DNA from: Paramecium tetraurelia
Taxonomy: Eukaryota
Assembly: GCA_000165425.1 (NCBI GenBank)
Contig: CT868047.1
Location: 124,001 to 188,000, forward strand
DNA length: 64,000 nucleotides
Reading direction: 5' to 3'
Of the stretch, positions 25,968 through 39,334 are shown piece by piece (the first letter of the stretch is position 1; each line of letters starts with the position of its first letter). A model generated the notes under the pieces. The model saw only the letters and a program-made list of their open reading frames with translations, made no database searches and was not told the DNA's origin. A program made the translations under genes and the position numbers.

Positions 25968-27566
25968 ATGTAAGACGATCGAGTTTTGGAGCGCAGTCCA
26001 TAAGATACATTGCGAATCCCGCCGAGATTATCGATGATGGAGAAGAAATGCAGTGGTCGTTTCACGTTTGTGAAGACCCAAGCTGAGGAACAGAAAGAAG
26101 TAGTTTAAAACAATATGAATCGAATAAAGTAGCAATTCAGATGTAAAGATCAAAAATTAAGAATAGGTTAACTCAACCACATAATAAACAAGCCAACTTA
26201 ACCTCTCTAGATGAGAGAAGAACAATTGTTGGAGTTGGGTAGGAAATTGGATATTGAAATAACATCAAGTGATGTTGAAAACATTGTACCGAATACAAAA
26301 GAGTTTTTTGAAGAATATGAGATGCATGAAAGATTAGGTGAAGGTTGTTTAGGGTTGGTTAAGAGAGTAGTATTAAAGAGAACAGGACAGGAATTCGCAG
26401 TAAAAATTGTGGCTACCTAAGATGATGAGATTATAAGGAATGTAAGTGATATTTGAAAATGCTTAGATGATTCACGAGTTTAAGAGATTAATCAAATTAT
26501 CACATGCCAATATAGTTAAAGCTTACAAAATGTATTTGGACTTTGATAATGGATTCTAATCTGAGAGTCAGGCCTATGTGATATTGGAACTCATAAAGGG
26601 GAAGGAAATGTTCGAAGTAATAAATGAGGCAGGACATTATAGTGAGAATGATGCAAAAGAATTATTCAAATAGTTGCTTAGTGCAATTGAATATATGCAT
26701 AGAAATGGCATATGTCATAGAGACTTGAAACCTAACAACATTCTCTGTCTCTCCGGTATTGTAGTAGCTTATACTAAAAATAGATCGGAAACTGATAAAA
26801 GTCACAGATTTCAATGTTAGTAAATTCAGTGATTCTTACAAAGAATTTGGCAATTTGTAGGATACTGAAAAAATTGAAATGTGGACTTATACAGGAACTG
26901 TGGCATTTTCAGCCCCCGAAATATTCACAGGTGAAGGATACAAGTACAATATTCATTGTTATTATTATAGTCAAATGGTAGACATGTGGAGTGCAGGATG
27001 TATTTTGTATTCGATGTTGTCTGGTCAATTGCCATTCAATGCAGATTAGTACATTTTAATTAGATATTCTAAGTTTGAATGATCTAATCGAGTCTATCAA
27101 ATTAGCCAAATATGAGTTCCCTGAAGAAATCTTCCAAGAAGTCTCGAGTGAAGCCAAGGATCTAATCCAGTAGTTGCTTCAAAAAGACCCAGGTCTCAGA
27201 CCCCATCCTGATGAGGCTCTCAATCATCCTTGGTTCGCAGAGAGCATTGTTATACGAAAAAGCTTAAGACACCTGACAATAAATAAGAACATATCTCATC
27301 TTTCTTCTAGGAACTCGAACAAACTAAGATAAAGGACCATCCTTTTATAGAGAGGCTATTATGGAGGTTCAAGTGATGGAGATGAAGGATGTACTACTGT
27401 ACAGGAGATGAAAGTTAAGGGGGCTGCTCGAAAAAGTCTGTTTAATACTGCATTGGCACCAATGGAGTTGTTATCAGACAATAAATGCTTGAAGGTGTAG
27501 AATGCAGTACTTCGCAAGTCAAATACAACTCATATACATGATTTTACATAAAATGATGAATAGTGA
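25968..27566 (+). CDS. Ser/Thr protein kinase (CAMK-like)
   Basis: LGEGCLGLVK, FAVK, HRDLKPNN, DFN in place of DFG, GTVAFSAPE, DMWSAG; four short introns. Confidence 0.9.
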
Positions 27567-27682
27567 TATATATAAATTAATTATATAAATAGTTTTGGTT
27601 ATCCAAAAATATCTTATTTTAATCATTTTGCTATTTTTAAGTGAACACATTATTTCTTTCAAATCATTAATTAAATTTAGCA

Positions 27683-28076
27683 ATGCAAAATAAATCAGTC
27701 TTCGATAAATTAGGAGGATAAGCCAACGTTGATGCTGCAGTTGTCAAGTTTTATGAAAAAGTTCTCTCAGATCCCTCTGTTAGTCACTATTTCAAAAACA
27801 CAGACATGAAGAAATAAACTGAAATGCAATAGAAGTTCCTTGGTATGGCTTTCGGAGGACCAAATCATTACACTGGAAGAGTAATCAATTCACATTTATA
27901 TAATCTAGGATATGAAAGCAGGTCATGCTGGACTTGGAATTACCACCGCAGCATTTGATACTATCGTTAAACATCTTGGAAACACTTTGAAAGAGATGGG
28001 TGTACCTGCTGAAGTCATTGCTGAAGCTGCAGCTGTTGCTGAAACCACAAGAGCAGACATTGTTGAAATCAAATGA
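27683..28076 (+). CDS. Truncated (2/2, group I) haemoglobin
   Basis: [14 protein letters not shown] (B10 Tyr), [10 protein letters not shown] (E7 Gln), [17 protein letters not shown] (F8 His); 28-nt intron at 27881-27908. Confidence 0.95.
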
Positions 28077-29506
28077 TTTAATCACATTACATATTTGCAT
28101 CCTTATCAATATTATCAACCATTCAAATATTCAAGCACAGAAATTCATTGCAACATCTATGCATGATATCCAAAGATGATAACTTGTTCATACAATCAAA
28201 TTATTAAACATTATCAGATATGGTATTAATTTGTATGGTATCTATGACACCTTGCTTTCAATGTAGGATATCGTTGTCTTATTATACCTTTATAAGTGTT
28301 TGAAAAAGTACGAATCCTTAATCACTTATATAATAATGTCAGATAAATTTGTCAATATCAAATTATACCAAAAGAATGTAGATATAAAACACATAAAACT
28401 AAGAAAGCATAAATTAAAGAGATATTCAAATCTGAGAGTGTGTTATATCTGACTATATACATGGGATAAACAAATAGAAACAAAAATAATTATTCATAAT
28501 AAGAGGTGATGATAATTTATACTGCAATGATTAATTCATATTCTACTAATAGATTTGGTGACATTGACCATATGGAAGTCATTTATAATTGACTTTACAT
28601 ATCTATATTTAATAAATGATATTAAAAAATATATATTTATAAATGATATTAAAAATATATATATTTTATAATATAAATTCTTATATCTGCAAAAGTAGCT
28701 TTACAAACATGGCTGCTTATATGAACCTACATGTAAATTGATTATTCAATCAATTTATAGTATAAAGTAACCAAATTAGTAAACGCAATAATTCTAATTG
28801 ATTTTGGGAAACTAGTATACTAAATTGGTTGCCATTGAATATGAATGAATGCTTATAGATATTCATAATCCTTATAATTTACTAATTAAAATTATTAAAT
28901 GATTGTTTTTATAGCGCACATAATTTTTGATAAACTATCTAACTAACTATCAATAAATCCAAATATCTATATCTATTGAATTCCCTATCCATAATCAATC
29001 CTAGTTCCAGTAGGACTGCAAAGGAATTAAATTAGCAAGTCTCAAATTTTTGTTTTATTCATATGCAAAAAAAATAGTTCATGGGATAAGTACTTCTAGA
29101 CCTTAGAATTGGATTTCACAAATGCTAAATCTGCTTAATTTGTCTTAAACTTAAAGTTTCCACCTTGATATTGCAAATCAAATTAGTGTTGTTGTAAGGT
29201 TAAATTATTTTTCCCTTACACTTAGATTATGCAAAGGAAAAGGTAATCAAAATTGGGTTAAGAATGTCTTTAATGGTTTGGTAAGAATACACTCACATGT
29301 GCATGTTGGGAATACTGAAATAGGAGAGGTATGTAAATATCCTATAGGAATGCAGTTTTTATTCTTAAAGGAGCAAAAGGTGGGGATGGAAAGAATTTGG
29401 ATGGGTTTATAATAAAAGTAATTGGACACGTTTCGGGATGGTAATTCTATAAGGAGGATGTTGAATGAAGGAATGTATTTATAATTGTTTGTGTGAACAT
29501 AAATAC

Positions 29507-30002
29507 TCAATATCCGGAATCAGCAAGGTACTTTGCCATATCAAGGACACGTTTGTTGCAATCGCTAGCATTCTAAGGTGCTCCATTTTCAGCATTGATG
29601 GTTTGGGAGAATGAAGCAAAGACAACAGCTGAATTGGTCCAAGCAACACAAGCTCCACCTTTATTCTATGATAATGAATGTTTGATATACCTTCTTTAAG
29701 TACCAGCTCTTGTTTTCTCCATCAAATTATATTGTGTAATACTTTTGGTTGTTGATTCTAACTCCAGCTGGATTTCCTGTCTCTCCTTTGTGAGCGAGAG
29801 CATGAATAAAAGCAGCCTTTTCATCATAAGCAACTTTGGTTGTGATGTCTGGATTTTTCTCATCTGGCACTTCGGCTTAATAAGATGGGAGGGCGGCAAC
29901 TCCGAAATTGCTAGCCCAGATGTTTCCATCTGTTCCAATGATGGCAGCATATTCAAGCGCGCCATTGGCTGTCAAGTTAGTCACATAAGCATCCCAAGAC
30001 AT
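29507..30002 (-). CDS. Profilin
   Basis: MSWDAYV, AAIIGTDGNIWA, GVRINNQKY, GGACVAWT, MAKYLADSGY-TGA; one 25-nt intron. Confidence 0.93.
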
Positions 30003-30440
30003 TGTATGTTAATATAATTATTAAAAAACATATCTTCGTGTAATGCAGCATATATAATGAATTTAATTTAAGATACTAATACTTATGTAATTATGTAATA
30101 TTCTCGATTATAGGGATATATTAATATGCCATCCATTACATAACTCCGTTGATTTCCTATTGTGCATTCAATCTCCTAACTTGTTTGAAACTCCAAAGAT
30201 TCCAAATATAGTGTCTCTCCAAAATGCAGCAATCTATTCAAATTTAAATGTTCTCCCCAGTTGGAATGCTCATTTTGACGATATTGTTGTTCGGGATGAG
30301 AATGCAGAAAATATATAATAAATATATGATTATAATATTATATCCATATATATGTGAATTCCTAATATACATTTATACTCCACTTAGTTAAGAAGATAAT
30401 TTATTTAAGAAATATTTAATAAACTTTATTTCTTATTGAA

Positions 30441-30713
30441 ATGGTATGACAGTATGCTCATAATCTAGCCATCAGCCTAAACCATGAAATTGAGAAATAA
30501 AATTAATAGAAACAATGTCCACAAATAAGGCAAGGTACCAAAGTCTCTGATGGTAAATGTTTGCATTAACTCAGAAAACTGAGGAAGCTGCAGCCATGGG
30601 TCCTATTCTCCTAGGAGTGTTTCTTTTTGTGGTTGTTGGATCAGGTATGCCATAACTATAATGTAGCGATCTTCTAAATTTTGAATGTCTTATCTAATGG
30701 TAATGAGGTGTGA
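30441..30713 (+). CDS. SERP1: Stress-associated ER protein (SERP1/RAMP4 family)
   Basis: NVHKQGKVPKSL...MGPILLGVFLFVVVGSAIFQIL; up to three 22-25 nt introns (alternative start at 30484). Confidence 0.88.
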
Positions 30714-30787
30714 TTTCGCGAGTGATAATATAAATTGTTTATTTATAAATTAACAAACAAACAATAGAACCCATAGAAATGTATATA

Positions 30788-31240
30788 TGATCCCCATCCA
30801 AGTATACATGAAGACACAGTAACACCATTAGATCAATTGTCTACATTTCATAATGGAATCTTCTAGTAGAATTGAAAAGAGATTAACAAGTAGAACAAGT
30901 GTAAATCACAATTAATTCTCGTTTGAAATTGATAGATATAGAAATGATATGTTAAGAAATATTAGCGTGAATAATAGTTCACTCTAAATATAATAATTAG
31001 AAAAAGTATTTAGAAGAACACTATAAAATCAAAATTCTGTTTATATCAAAGGATAAGTATTTGCTATTTGACCCACAATATGAAATAGTATAGACATCTG
31101 AAACAATTCACTCAAATAATATTTATTAAACCTTTAGTCTTTATTACTATAAAGCTTAAGATCAAATATATACCTATGTAGGATCAATTAACTAAGATAG
31201 TAACATAAGTCCAGTCAGTTGAGGAAGCAGAAGGATGATG
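30788..31240 (+). CDS. Hypothetical protein
   Basis: Open frame with candidate GT-AG introns; no recognisable motif. Confidence 0.35.
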
Positions 31241-31394
31241 TTGATTATTAATTCTAAAAATATAAAGTTAGAGTGATTATTTAAGAATAATCTTTTGTGC
31301 ATCATCCAATATAAAATGAAGATCAATATTGGATGCAAGATATTCTCTGTAGTTTTGGGATGTATAATAAATAATTATATAATTACGAAAATAT

Positions 31395-32586
31395 ATGCTT
31401 TCCGATCAAATTAAATAGGTGTTGTCAACAAGCTCTTCATCTTTTCTCGCCCCTAGGTTCTCTCGAAAAACTACGCTACTTAAGAAGAAGAACAAAGCTC
31501 TTTCGTCTTGCAGTATTGAAGACATCGCTACGTACACTTAATAAAAAAGCTCGCAACAGCCTTCATCCAAGTAACAAATAGTGAGATCGGAATCATAACA
31601 CAATCCATTAACTCCAGTGGCAACTCCTCAATAGAGCAATTCAGTGAGTTGTCAAACCAACACATCTCTATTCGATGAACAACTCCCTGACATTCCTGCA
31701 TCTGATCCAATTTGGCTTGAGATTATCCCACAGGAGGTGTTGCAGGGAGCATCAGTAGAATAACTTCTCGAAGACAACAAAGATTACTTCTATTATTTAT
31801 TGGGATTGTATCTACAGGAATAAATGCATGGAGATTTTAACATGAACAAATTTATGTTGCCAACCAAATGGTAGAGTCAATATGGACGCGATTTTCCACT
31901 CAAGTTGAAAGAAAGATAAGAAATTATCAAAAACACTGTCTATGATGATTATAAGTCTCCTTAAACTTCAGAGTTTTCAAAGACCAGCTATAAAAGTCAC
32001 TTCTCAGCATACCCACCAAAAGATTACAATCCCAAGTTAGAAAGGAGAAAATACGAGAAAAGTGAATTACAATTCGCTACTTTGACAACTTATAAAGTAT
32101 CATAAATTCCCTAATAGGCCAATCATTTTGATTTCCAAACCAATTTCAAACCTGAAAAAGTAACCGCATCTAAACATTTGACAACAGGAGGTCTCTCACT
32201 CTCCAGTTAGTCTCTTTATAAAACAGAATATTAATGGCCTCAACCAATAGAATAACCCACCAATTGTAAAAACATTTATTCAAAATTGTAAAACATTCTC
32301 ATTATTCTAAATAAGAAATCCAATTCAATCTTCTGGAATCTTCTTCGATAAACAACGAGATGTCTACAGTTAATTCCCTGTTGATCCAATTTGTAAATAG
32401 ACTCCCTATTCACAAACTCCAACCTATTAGAAATAGTATGTCTCAACAACTAAAAAGTATTATGTGTTATCATTATAAACTAGTGATTTCTAAGGATCAA
32501 GACTCGGGGAAGTTACTCAAATGAAAAACTGGAGACAAAGTGTCATTAGGAGAATGAATTAATTGAGAAAACAATCGCAAATATGA
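31395..32586 (+). CDS. Hypothetical protein
   Basis: MLSDQIKQVLSTSSSSFLAPRFSRK... with introns; ends RMNQLRKQSQI-TGA. Confidence 0.65.
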
Positions 32587-32596
32587 TCTTTAATTG

Positions 32597-33164
32597 TCAA
32601 TATTCATCTAATTTCTTATGAACTTTTGAGAAGGCTGTGCTAGTGTTCAGTCCATCAAACTTGAAGGTGTCTCCCAAGAAGGCCTAAGTGAATCGAGCAT
32701 CTCTAGGATAGTATTTCTCAATCAACTCAAACGAGGTTGGATTCAACTGTCCATATTACATATTAGATGTTTCATAGATTGGTAGTCCTTTTCTCAATCA
32801 TGAACTCATACCGACATTGATTCCCTAAGGAGGAGCCTTGTACTCCTACTCGGTGACATGAAACTTCTTTGAAGGCACCTTATTATCTAATTTCCTGCGT
32901 TGTTTTTCTTCCTCAGAAATAGGTTGAGATAGTTCAAGGCCAATTGTTTGTGCAACCAGTTTATTTTTGAGTAGTTTCTCAGCTCTTCTAAAGTCCTAAG
33001 CTTGTAAATAATGGAATGATCACCTGCATTTGACGTACAATTTCAGCGTAGGTAGGCACAGGACATGATGTCATATCCACCTATTGTTATCCATTGTGTA
33101 ATAGCCAACCATCACCATATGATTAGTTATTAGTAATGTAATGAGCTGATTGATTTTTATTCAT
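32597..33164 (-). CDS. PIERCE/DUF4490-like axonemal microtubule inner protein
   Basis: PIYETSNMQYG...KYYPRDARFTQAF...FDGLNT...SKVH; two introns. Confidence 0.7.
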
Positions 33165-33171
33165 TTTATTA

Positions 33172-34605
33172 ATGAAACATCATGCCAAATTATTAATCCT
33201 ATGTCCATTTAATTCTATTGGATATTAGCTATTGGATCAGAAAATAGAGGAATACCTCAAAACCAACCAAGAAGAAATAGTTCTCTACTTGGTAGGAACC
33301 CCAATCACATATCTTAAAGTCTATGAACAGATTTTATTTCATCTTTATGGGAGAACACAACATTATCCTACTAAATTCAATGTGATTTTCGATCTATTCA
33401 ACAAGGAATTCAGAAACAAATACCAATTCGATTTGGTAATCAATTTGGGCACTCATTTAGAAGGCGATTTCAATCTACATTTTAAACTCAATCATGAAAT
33501 TTAAAAAATCCACTTTTCTTAAGAGGGCCATAAAGTAAATCAATATAAAAGAGGTGCTAATGGTGGTACTTTTGATCATTTGCATATTGGACACAAAGTG
33601 CTTCTAAGTCTGAGTTTGTTAGCAGTCAGTGAGCATTTGACCATAGGAATAACTGGTGAAATGTTATAACAAAAGAAGAAATTGAAAGGTTTCCTCTAAT
33701 CCTACAACACTCGTCTCAGATGTGTCTAAGAGTTTTGCTCTATGTTCAGACCTGATATCGATTTGTATTTCTCTGAATTAACTGAACCTGCAGGTCCAAC
33801 AAGAAATGGACAATACGAAATATTGATTACCACAAAAGAGTGTCAAAATTCCTTAGAGTACATAAATAATCTGAGGAAGCAAGAGAATCTGAATGAATTG
33901 GAAGGATACATAATTGGTATGATTGAAAATGAGAATGTTTAAGGAGAGGCTAAAATATCATCAACTTAATATAGAGAATAAATTTCAGAAAGGAATAGAT
34001 TAACCGAATATGAGTATTTGGAACTCAAGACAGAATGGCTGTCAATAAGTGACAATGCATATTGGTTTGAATCTATTCTAGTGGATTATTATTCGTAACC
34101 CTAGAGACACTATCACACTTTAAGACACATCTACGATATGTTAAGATAATTAAAAGGAACCAAGAACATAAGGAATGTTAAATTGGCAACATTCTTCCAT
34201 GATGCAATATACTACCCTAAAATTCACGATAATGAAGAGAAGAGTTGCTTGTTGTTTTAATAGTTTGCCAAGGAATGCAAGATTGATTCAGAGGTAGTCT
34301 CAATTTTCATTTTGTAAACTAAGAGTCATCAAACTGATGTGCCATTCCTACCAGAGGACGATTTGTCAGATCTGATGATATTTTTAGATGCTGATATGTC
34401 AATCTTAGAATCTGATGCTTATCCTATTTATGCTCAAGATATAAGAAAGGAGTATTCGCATTTCCCAGATAAGGAGTACAAAACTGGTAGGATTGCTGTG
34501 TTGTAGAAGTTCCTGGAGTCTAAGATATATAATTTGAGGAGTGAAGAGAAGGCAAGAAAAAATATTTAAGAGGAGATTGAAATATTATAAAATTGGGTAG
34601 TGTGA
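33172..34605 (+). CDS. Phosphopantetheine adenylyltransferase-like (HxGH nucleotidyltransferase) fused to an HD-superfamily phosphohydrolase
   Basis: Intronless, 477 aa. GGTFDHLHIGHKVLL, IGIT, QSYNTR, ELTEPAGPT, KISST; then RHYHTLRHI, FFHDAIY, NEEKS, FLDADMSIL, IRKEYS, GRIAVL. Confidence 0.85.
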
Positions 34606-34632
34606 CAATGAATTAATATCATTTATTAAAAA

Positions 34633-35979
34633 ATGATTAAATTTTAAAAATTAGATCAGCCATTAGCCAGTCTAGAAACAGTTAAAGTCACATCTCCTTA
34701 GAATAATCGATTTTTTATTGTCCATCCATCGCCAATCGAAATCTAGACTCAAACTCAAAATTTCTTTTGTGGATCCTCAGAATTGCTAAGATAAATACCT
34801 CCTCATGATAAAGGACCTAAACTTGATTCTAAAGGGTAGATCATAAGACACACATTAGTTGGTTCTGTCCAACAATTTACGCTTGAAAAATAAAGAAGAC
34901 AAAGCACAGGCAAGAAACCTTAAGTCAAGTTGTAAACCTAACTACAACCTGAAATCGAGGTTCCACCTATGATTAATAATAGTTACACAAAATGTAAATT
35001 TATACTCAATATTCTTAAGTAACTGAATTTATGTCAAGTAAGGATCTTGTCAAAAAATCCCCAAACAAAGTCAAATCTAAAGAATACCAACTGATCTAAT
35101 TAAATGAGGAATAAGTACAGTAAGAAATAGTTGATGTTGAGAGAAGAGTAAAAATCAATTAAGCTGAAGTAAGACATGCCCCATGATTTAAGACTGCCAA
35201 ATTGAATCAAGAAATCAAATAGCAGCTCAATAAAGGAGATCAACTTAAAATGGATGCATTTATTAGGGCCATGACAAATTATGAAAACACTCAAACTGAT
35301 TGGGAATAAACTAAAATTAAGGTGAGCTCTAGAATCTCCAGAAAAACTGGCTAATCCATGAATGACAAGATTGAATAATTCAGAGTCAAATAAGAAGTTA
35401 AGTAATTGCTTGATCATATCACGCCCATTGATTAAAAATTAGGCAATGATTATTGGGTAATTTATTGTCTCTATACAGAAATAAGGATTAAGGTCGCAAG
35501 AATCAACTCTAAAAAGAAGGAACCCCTACAAGTACATAGACAAATTAGAAGAGGATCCCAATTATCAAATTGACAAAAAGCCTCCGGTTATAGAGATCAT
35601 CAGAAACTAGAACTCGAGTGCCAAAGGATTTAGACCTTATTCATCATTCACCTCTCGCTTTTATTTGGATAGAAAGTTGAAAGAGAATGAAGAACTTGTT
35701 AAGAAACTCATCCCTTAAAATTTAGATGAGATTGATCAACTTTCATTAACTGGATAGAATGTGATGAAATAAGAAATCAACTCTGTCAGAAATCCAAGGG
35801 ATAGTTTTGTGAAAATCACAGGCTCTTTAGCAAATAGTTAAGGAGGCTTTAAAACATATTTTAAGAAAGTACCAATAAAATAAGAACATCAACAACCTGA
35901 TGAAGTGATAGTTTAAAATTATGATAAGAAGAAAATGTTAAATACAGGATAATTCGGAAGTTTGAAAGGATATTTTTGA
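34633..35979 (+). CDS. Hypothetical protein (GQIIRHTLVGSVQQF motif)
   Basis: Long open frame under the ciliate code with short introns; TGA at 35977. Confidence 0.7.
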
Positions 35980-36097
35980 ATAAATTTTTATCATAAGTTT
36001 CAAGCTTTGACTATTTCTTTTTATATTATATATTATTTTGATAACTGCACTTTGTTAATTGTGATGAGATTAATTATATAATAAATAATATAACTAA

Positions 36098-38893
36098 TCA
36101 TTTTTAAGATTATGAACTTAAAATAAATCTTATAATCATTTATTTTGAATCTTTTAAAAACTTCTAAATAATTAATTATTGTTATTGTCAACAGTTGCAT
36201 CAAACTAAAATATAATATAAATAGAATAGGATCCCTCTTATCTTCAACAATTTTACAGTTTTTTTTGGATTTTACTTCAATAGTTCACCCTATAGATTGT
36301 TGAACCCTTCTCTAGCTTTATTGAATTAATTATATAGATCTGAGCATTATTATTGAATTTTCTACTTCTCCTTTTAAAGTTCTGAAATCTTTATTTGTTA
36401 TCATTATAAACTAATCAAATCCCTTGATCTCTTTGTTCCTATATATCAGACTTGAATATGCAACTTGTTCCTTTTTGTTTTCCCCATTAAAAATTCTAAA
36501 ACTCCTTGGTGATTTTAGACAAATTTAAACTACAAGAATTGATTCTGAAAAGCTTCCTTATCCTCCTATCATTACTTAATCTAGTCATCAATGAATACTT
36601 AACAAAATCTTTGTTTAGTTATTATATTAATAATTATATTATAAATTCTCAATTTTGAAGCCTATTAGTAAGATTAATCTCAGATAATACCTAGTATTGT
36701 TTAATAACACTTGAATTATTAACAACTGATTCAATCTGTTAACCATATAGTTCCAATCTATTTTGATAATTTTATAACTGTACTTTTTATTTAATTCTGA
36801 ATTTAAAGTTTGCTGTGTTTACAGCTCACTCTTCAATTAAACTAATTCTGATTTCAAAGTATTTTCTTTTTAACTTAGCTTCTTCTTTGTGTTTGCTAAT
36901 TCTTCATTCTAACTAATTTGCAATGACTAAACTTCTTGTTCAGTCTTATGCTTTTCCTCTTCCAATAAATTCGAAAGTGTATTAGTGGTATCCTATAATT
37001 CACTCTATAATTTGTGAAGATTCAATTCCTTTGCCTAAATCTAAATTCTCAACTATTCAATTGTCTAATCCTTCTCTCTGCTTTGATTCGATAGATTTTT
37101 TATCTATCTTTCTGCATTCATTTTTTCTCTCTACAAAGTCGATTAAAGAGATATTAATTTTTACTCTTACTCTGCATTAAGCTCTTTTTCTAATGCTATT
37201 TACTCTTCTAATTCCTCTATATATTTTTAGGTTTAAACCTTGATCTATTCATTCTCATTAGTCACTTAATTCAACTTATTCTAAACTCTAAATAATAATA
37301 ATACTTATGATTAATTATTCAATTGCTTAAACTAAGTTAAAGTTGTCTCATATTATCTCTCTTTCAATTCTATTATTTGATTTAAACTTTAAATTTATTA
37401 AGACAATTAATTCATTAAAGCTGATTATTGTTGGTTATAATTGATCAACTCTTACTTTTATTATTCATAATCTCTGTAGTTTTTCTGGATTTAACCTTAA
37501 TATTCTTCTGATTACTATAAAATCTATTGAAAATTCATAAAAATATAATACATCTTTTTTTAGATTATTTATTATGCTTTATGCTTTTTCTTGATCCTTT
37601 TGGTTGTTCTAAAGAAGTTGTTAACTATATTTTTATAACTCATTTAACTGATTTTATTATTCCAATAATTAATTCTTCTAATGATTGATTTAACCTTCTA
37701 GGATTTTAATTTAATTATTAAAATCACTCTTCTACTTCTCCATATTTCTGTCATGTGAATTACTTAAATGCCTCTCAGCATTCTGCTAATCTTCTAAATT
37801 CTTCTATTCATTTCTAACCATTTTCTATTCCAAAATCTCAAATTAACTTCTTATTGTCTAAGTTTCCTCTTCAAAATTAGCTCTCATCCTCTTATTCTAC
37901 AACAATAAGGTTTCTATCTCAGTATTCTTGATATCCAATAGACCCTTTAATTTCTCAATTTCTGAATCCATGATCTCTTATTGCGTTAAATACTATTTTT
38001 TTAGATTCTCTATTTATCCCTAATAAATAATATCCTATTTCTGTCTCAAACTGTTCACATCCAAAGAAAATTCTGTCTCTTAATCCTACAATCTATTTCT
38101 TAAAATATCATTCTCCTTTAGTAGCTAACTCTCAAAGTATTCCTTCTCCTACAAAATTTGATTAAATTTTAATTCCAAACCATCCATCTCTTTATCCCTC
38201 ATATCTGCATACTCTCTTAACTTTCTTACTTAGTTCTACAAAAGATCTATTTATGTCAGATAACTATGTTTTTGCTATTCACTTTAAACTAAAAATCTTT
38301 ATGAAATAATGATACTTGAAAAAGTGGTCTTAGTGGCTTCTACTTCTTATGATCTCTCTTTTTCTAATAAATTGTTTCTCTCCTCTAATATCTTTAATTC
38401 ATTGCTTAACTTTTTCAAATCCAACTCATATTGTGCTTTTACTAAGATTTTTATTAAATAAGTGCATACATTATACTGCGCTATTCAGTTATTGCTCATA
38501 CTTGGATTTCCACAATTCGCATTCAGTCTTTTTTTAAGCATAACCTTTTTGAAGCTTATCCACATCTTGATTAAGCATTTGATTCTAATGTAAAATGTAT
38601 TCGGTCTTATCATCTAACGTTCCTTGTTTACTCGTTCTTATCATCATAGCATCCAATTCATTTTTCAGTTATCTAGAATAAATTTCAAGGTCTGCACTTC
38701 TGTTCTTGTAATACTCCAATTCTTCATTAAATATTTGCGGATCCGTATTTTACCTATTCTCTTTGATACTTTTAGCAGTGAAAGAGTTTCTGACAGAACC
38801 ATTTGTATCTATATATTAAGGATATTGCTTTTTGTATTATGGACTTTGTGTGTATAGCTTATCTGATTTCATATGAGGCGATGAATTTAACAT
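36098..38893 (-). CDS. Large Q/E/K-rich coiled-coil protein
   Basis: MLNSSPHMKSDKLYTQSP...; heptad-like composition over ~2.8 kb. Stop position approximate. Confidence 0.7.
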
Positions 38894-39334
38894 ATTTGAA
38901 TTCGTTAAAATAAATAAAAATTAACATCTTCACATTTCATAATTAACTAAACTATTTTCAATTAACTAAAATTATTTTGATGTTCTATCATCAAAACTCC
39001 ATTGTTTTACATTTGAATTTCAATTTACTTTCATTAGAGTTAATAATTTAATAAAATATTCTTCATTTAGAAATTTTACATTCCTAAGTAAAGTGAAGAT
39101 CTCTGAAATTATCAATTATAGTAACCAGCTAGAGTCTAAATTTGAACTTAATTCTTAGATTATAAACTTTCTTATACTGTTATATCTTACCTTAAGGTTT
39201 AATTATTTTTGTTTTAGAATATGATGCAATATAAATCTTTGTATATTTTTTGTTAATTTTAGTATGAAAAATACTAATTATAGATGCTTAATAAAAATTT
39301 GCTAAATATATTGAAATTATTTATTATCAATTTC

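Noticed and set aside
28612..28666. Imperfect 27-bp tandem duplication with TA ends (IES-sized)
   Set aside because: Explained by simple slippage in AT-rich DNA; no excised counterpart to compare.
28150..29480. Possible gene remnants between the haemoglobin and profilin genes
   Set aside because: Coding-like patches are interrupted by TGA in the frames I tried, and no family is confidently recognisable.
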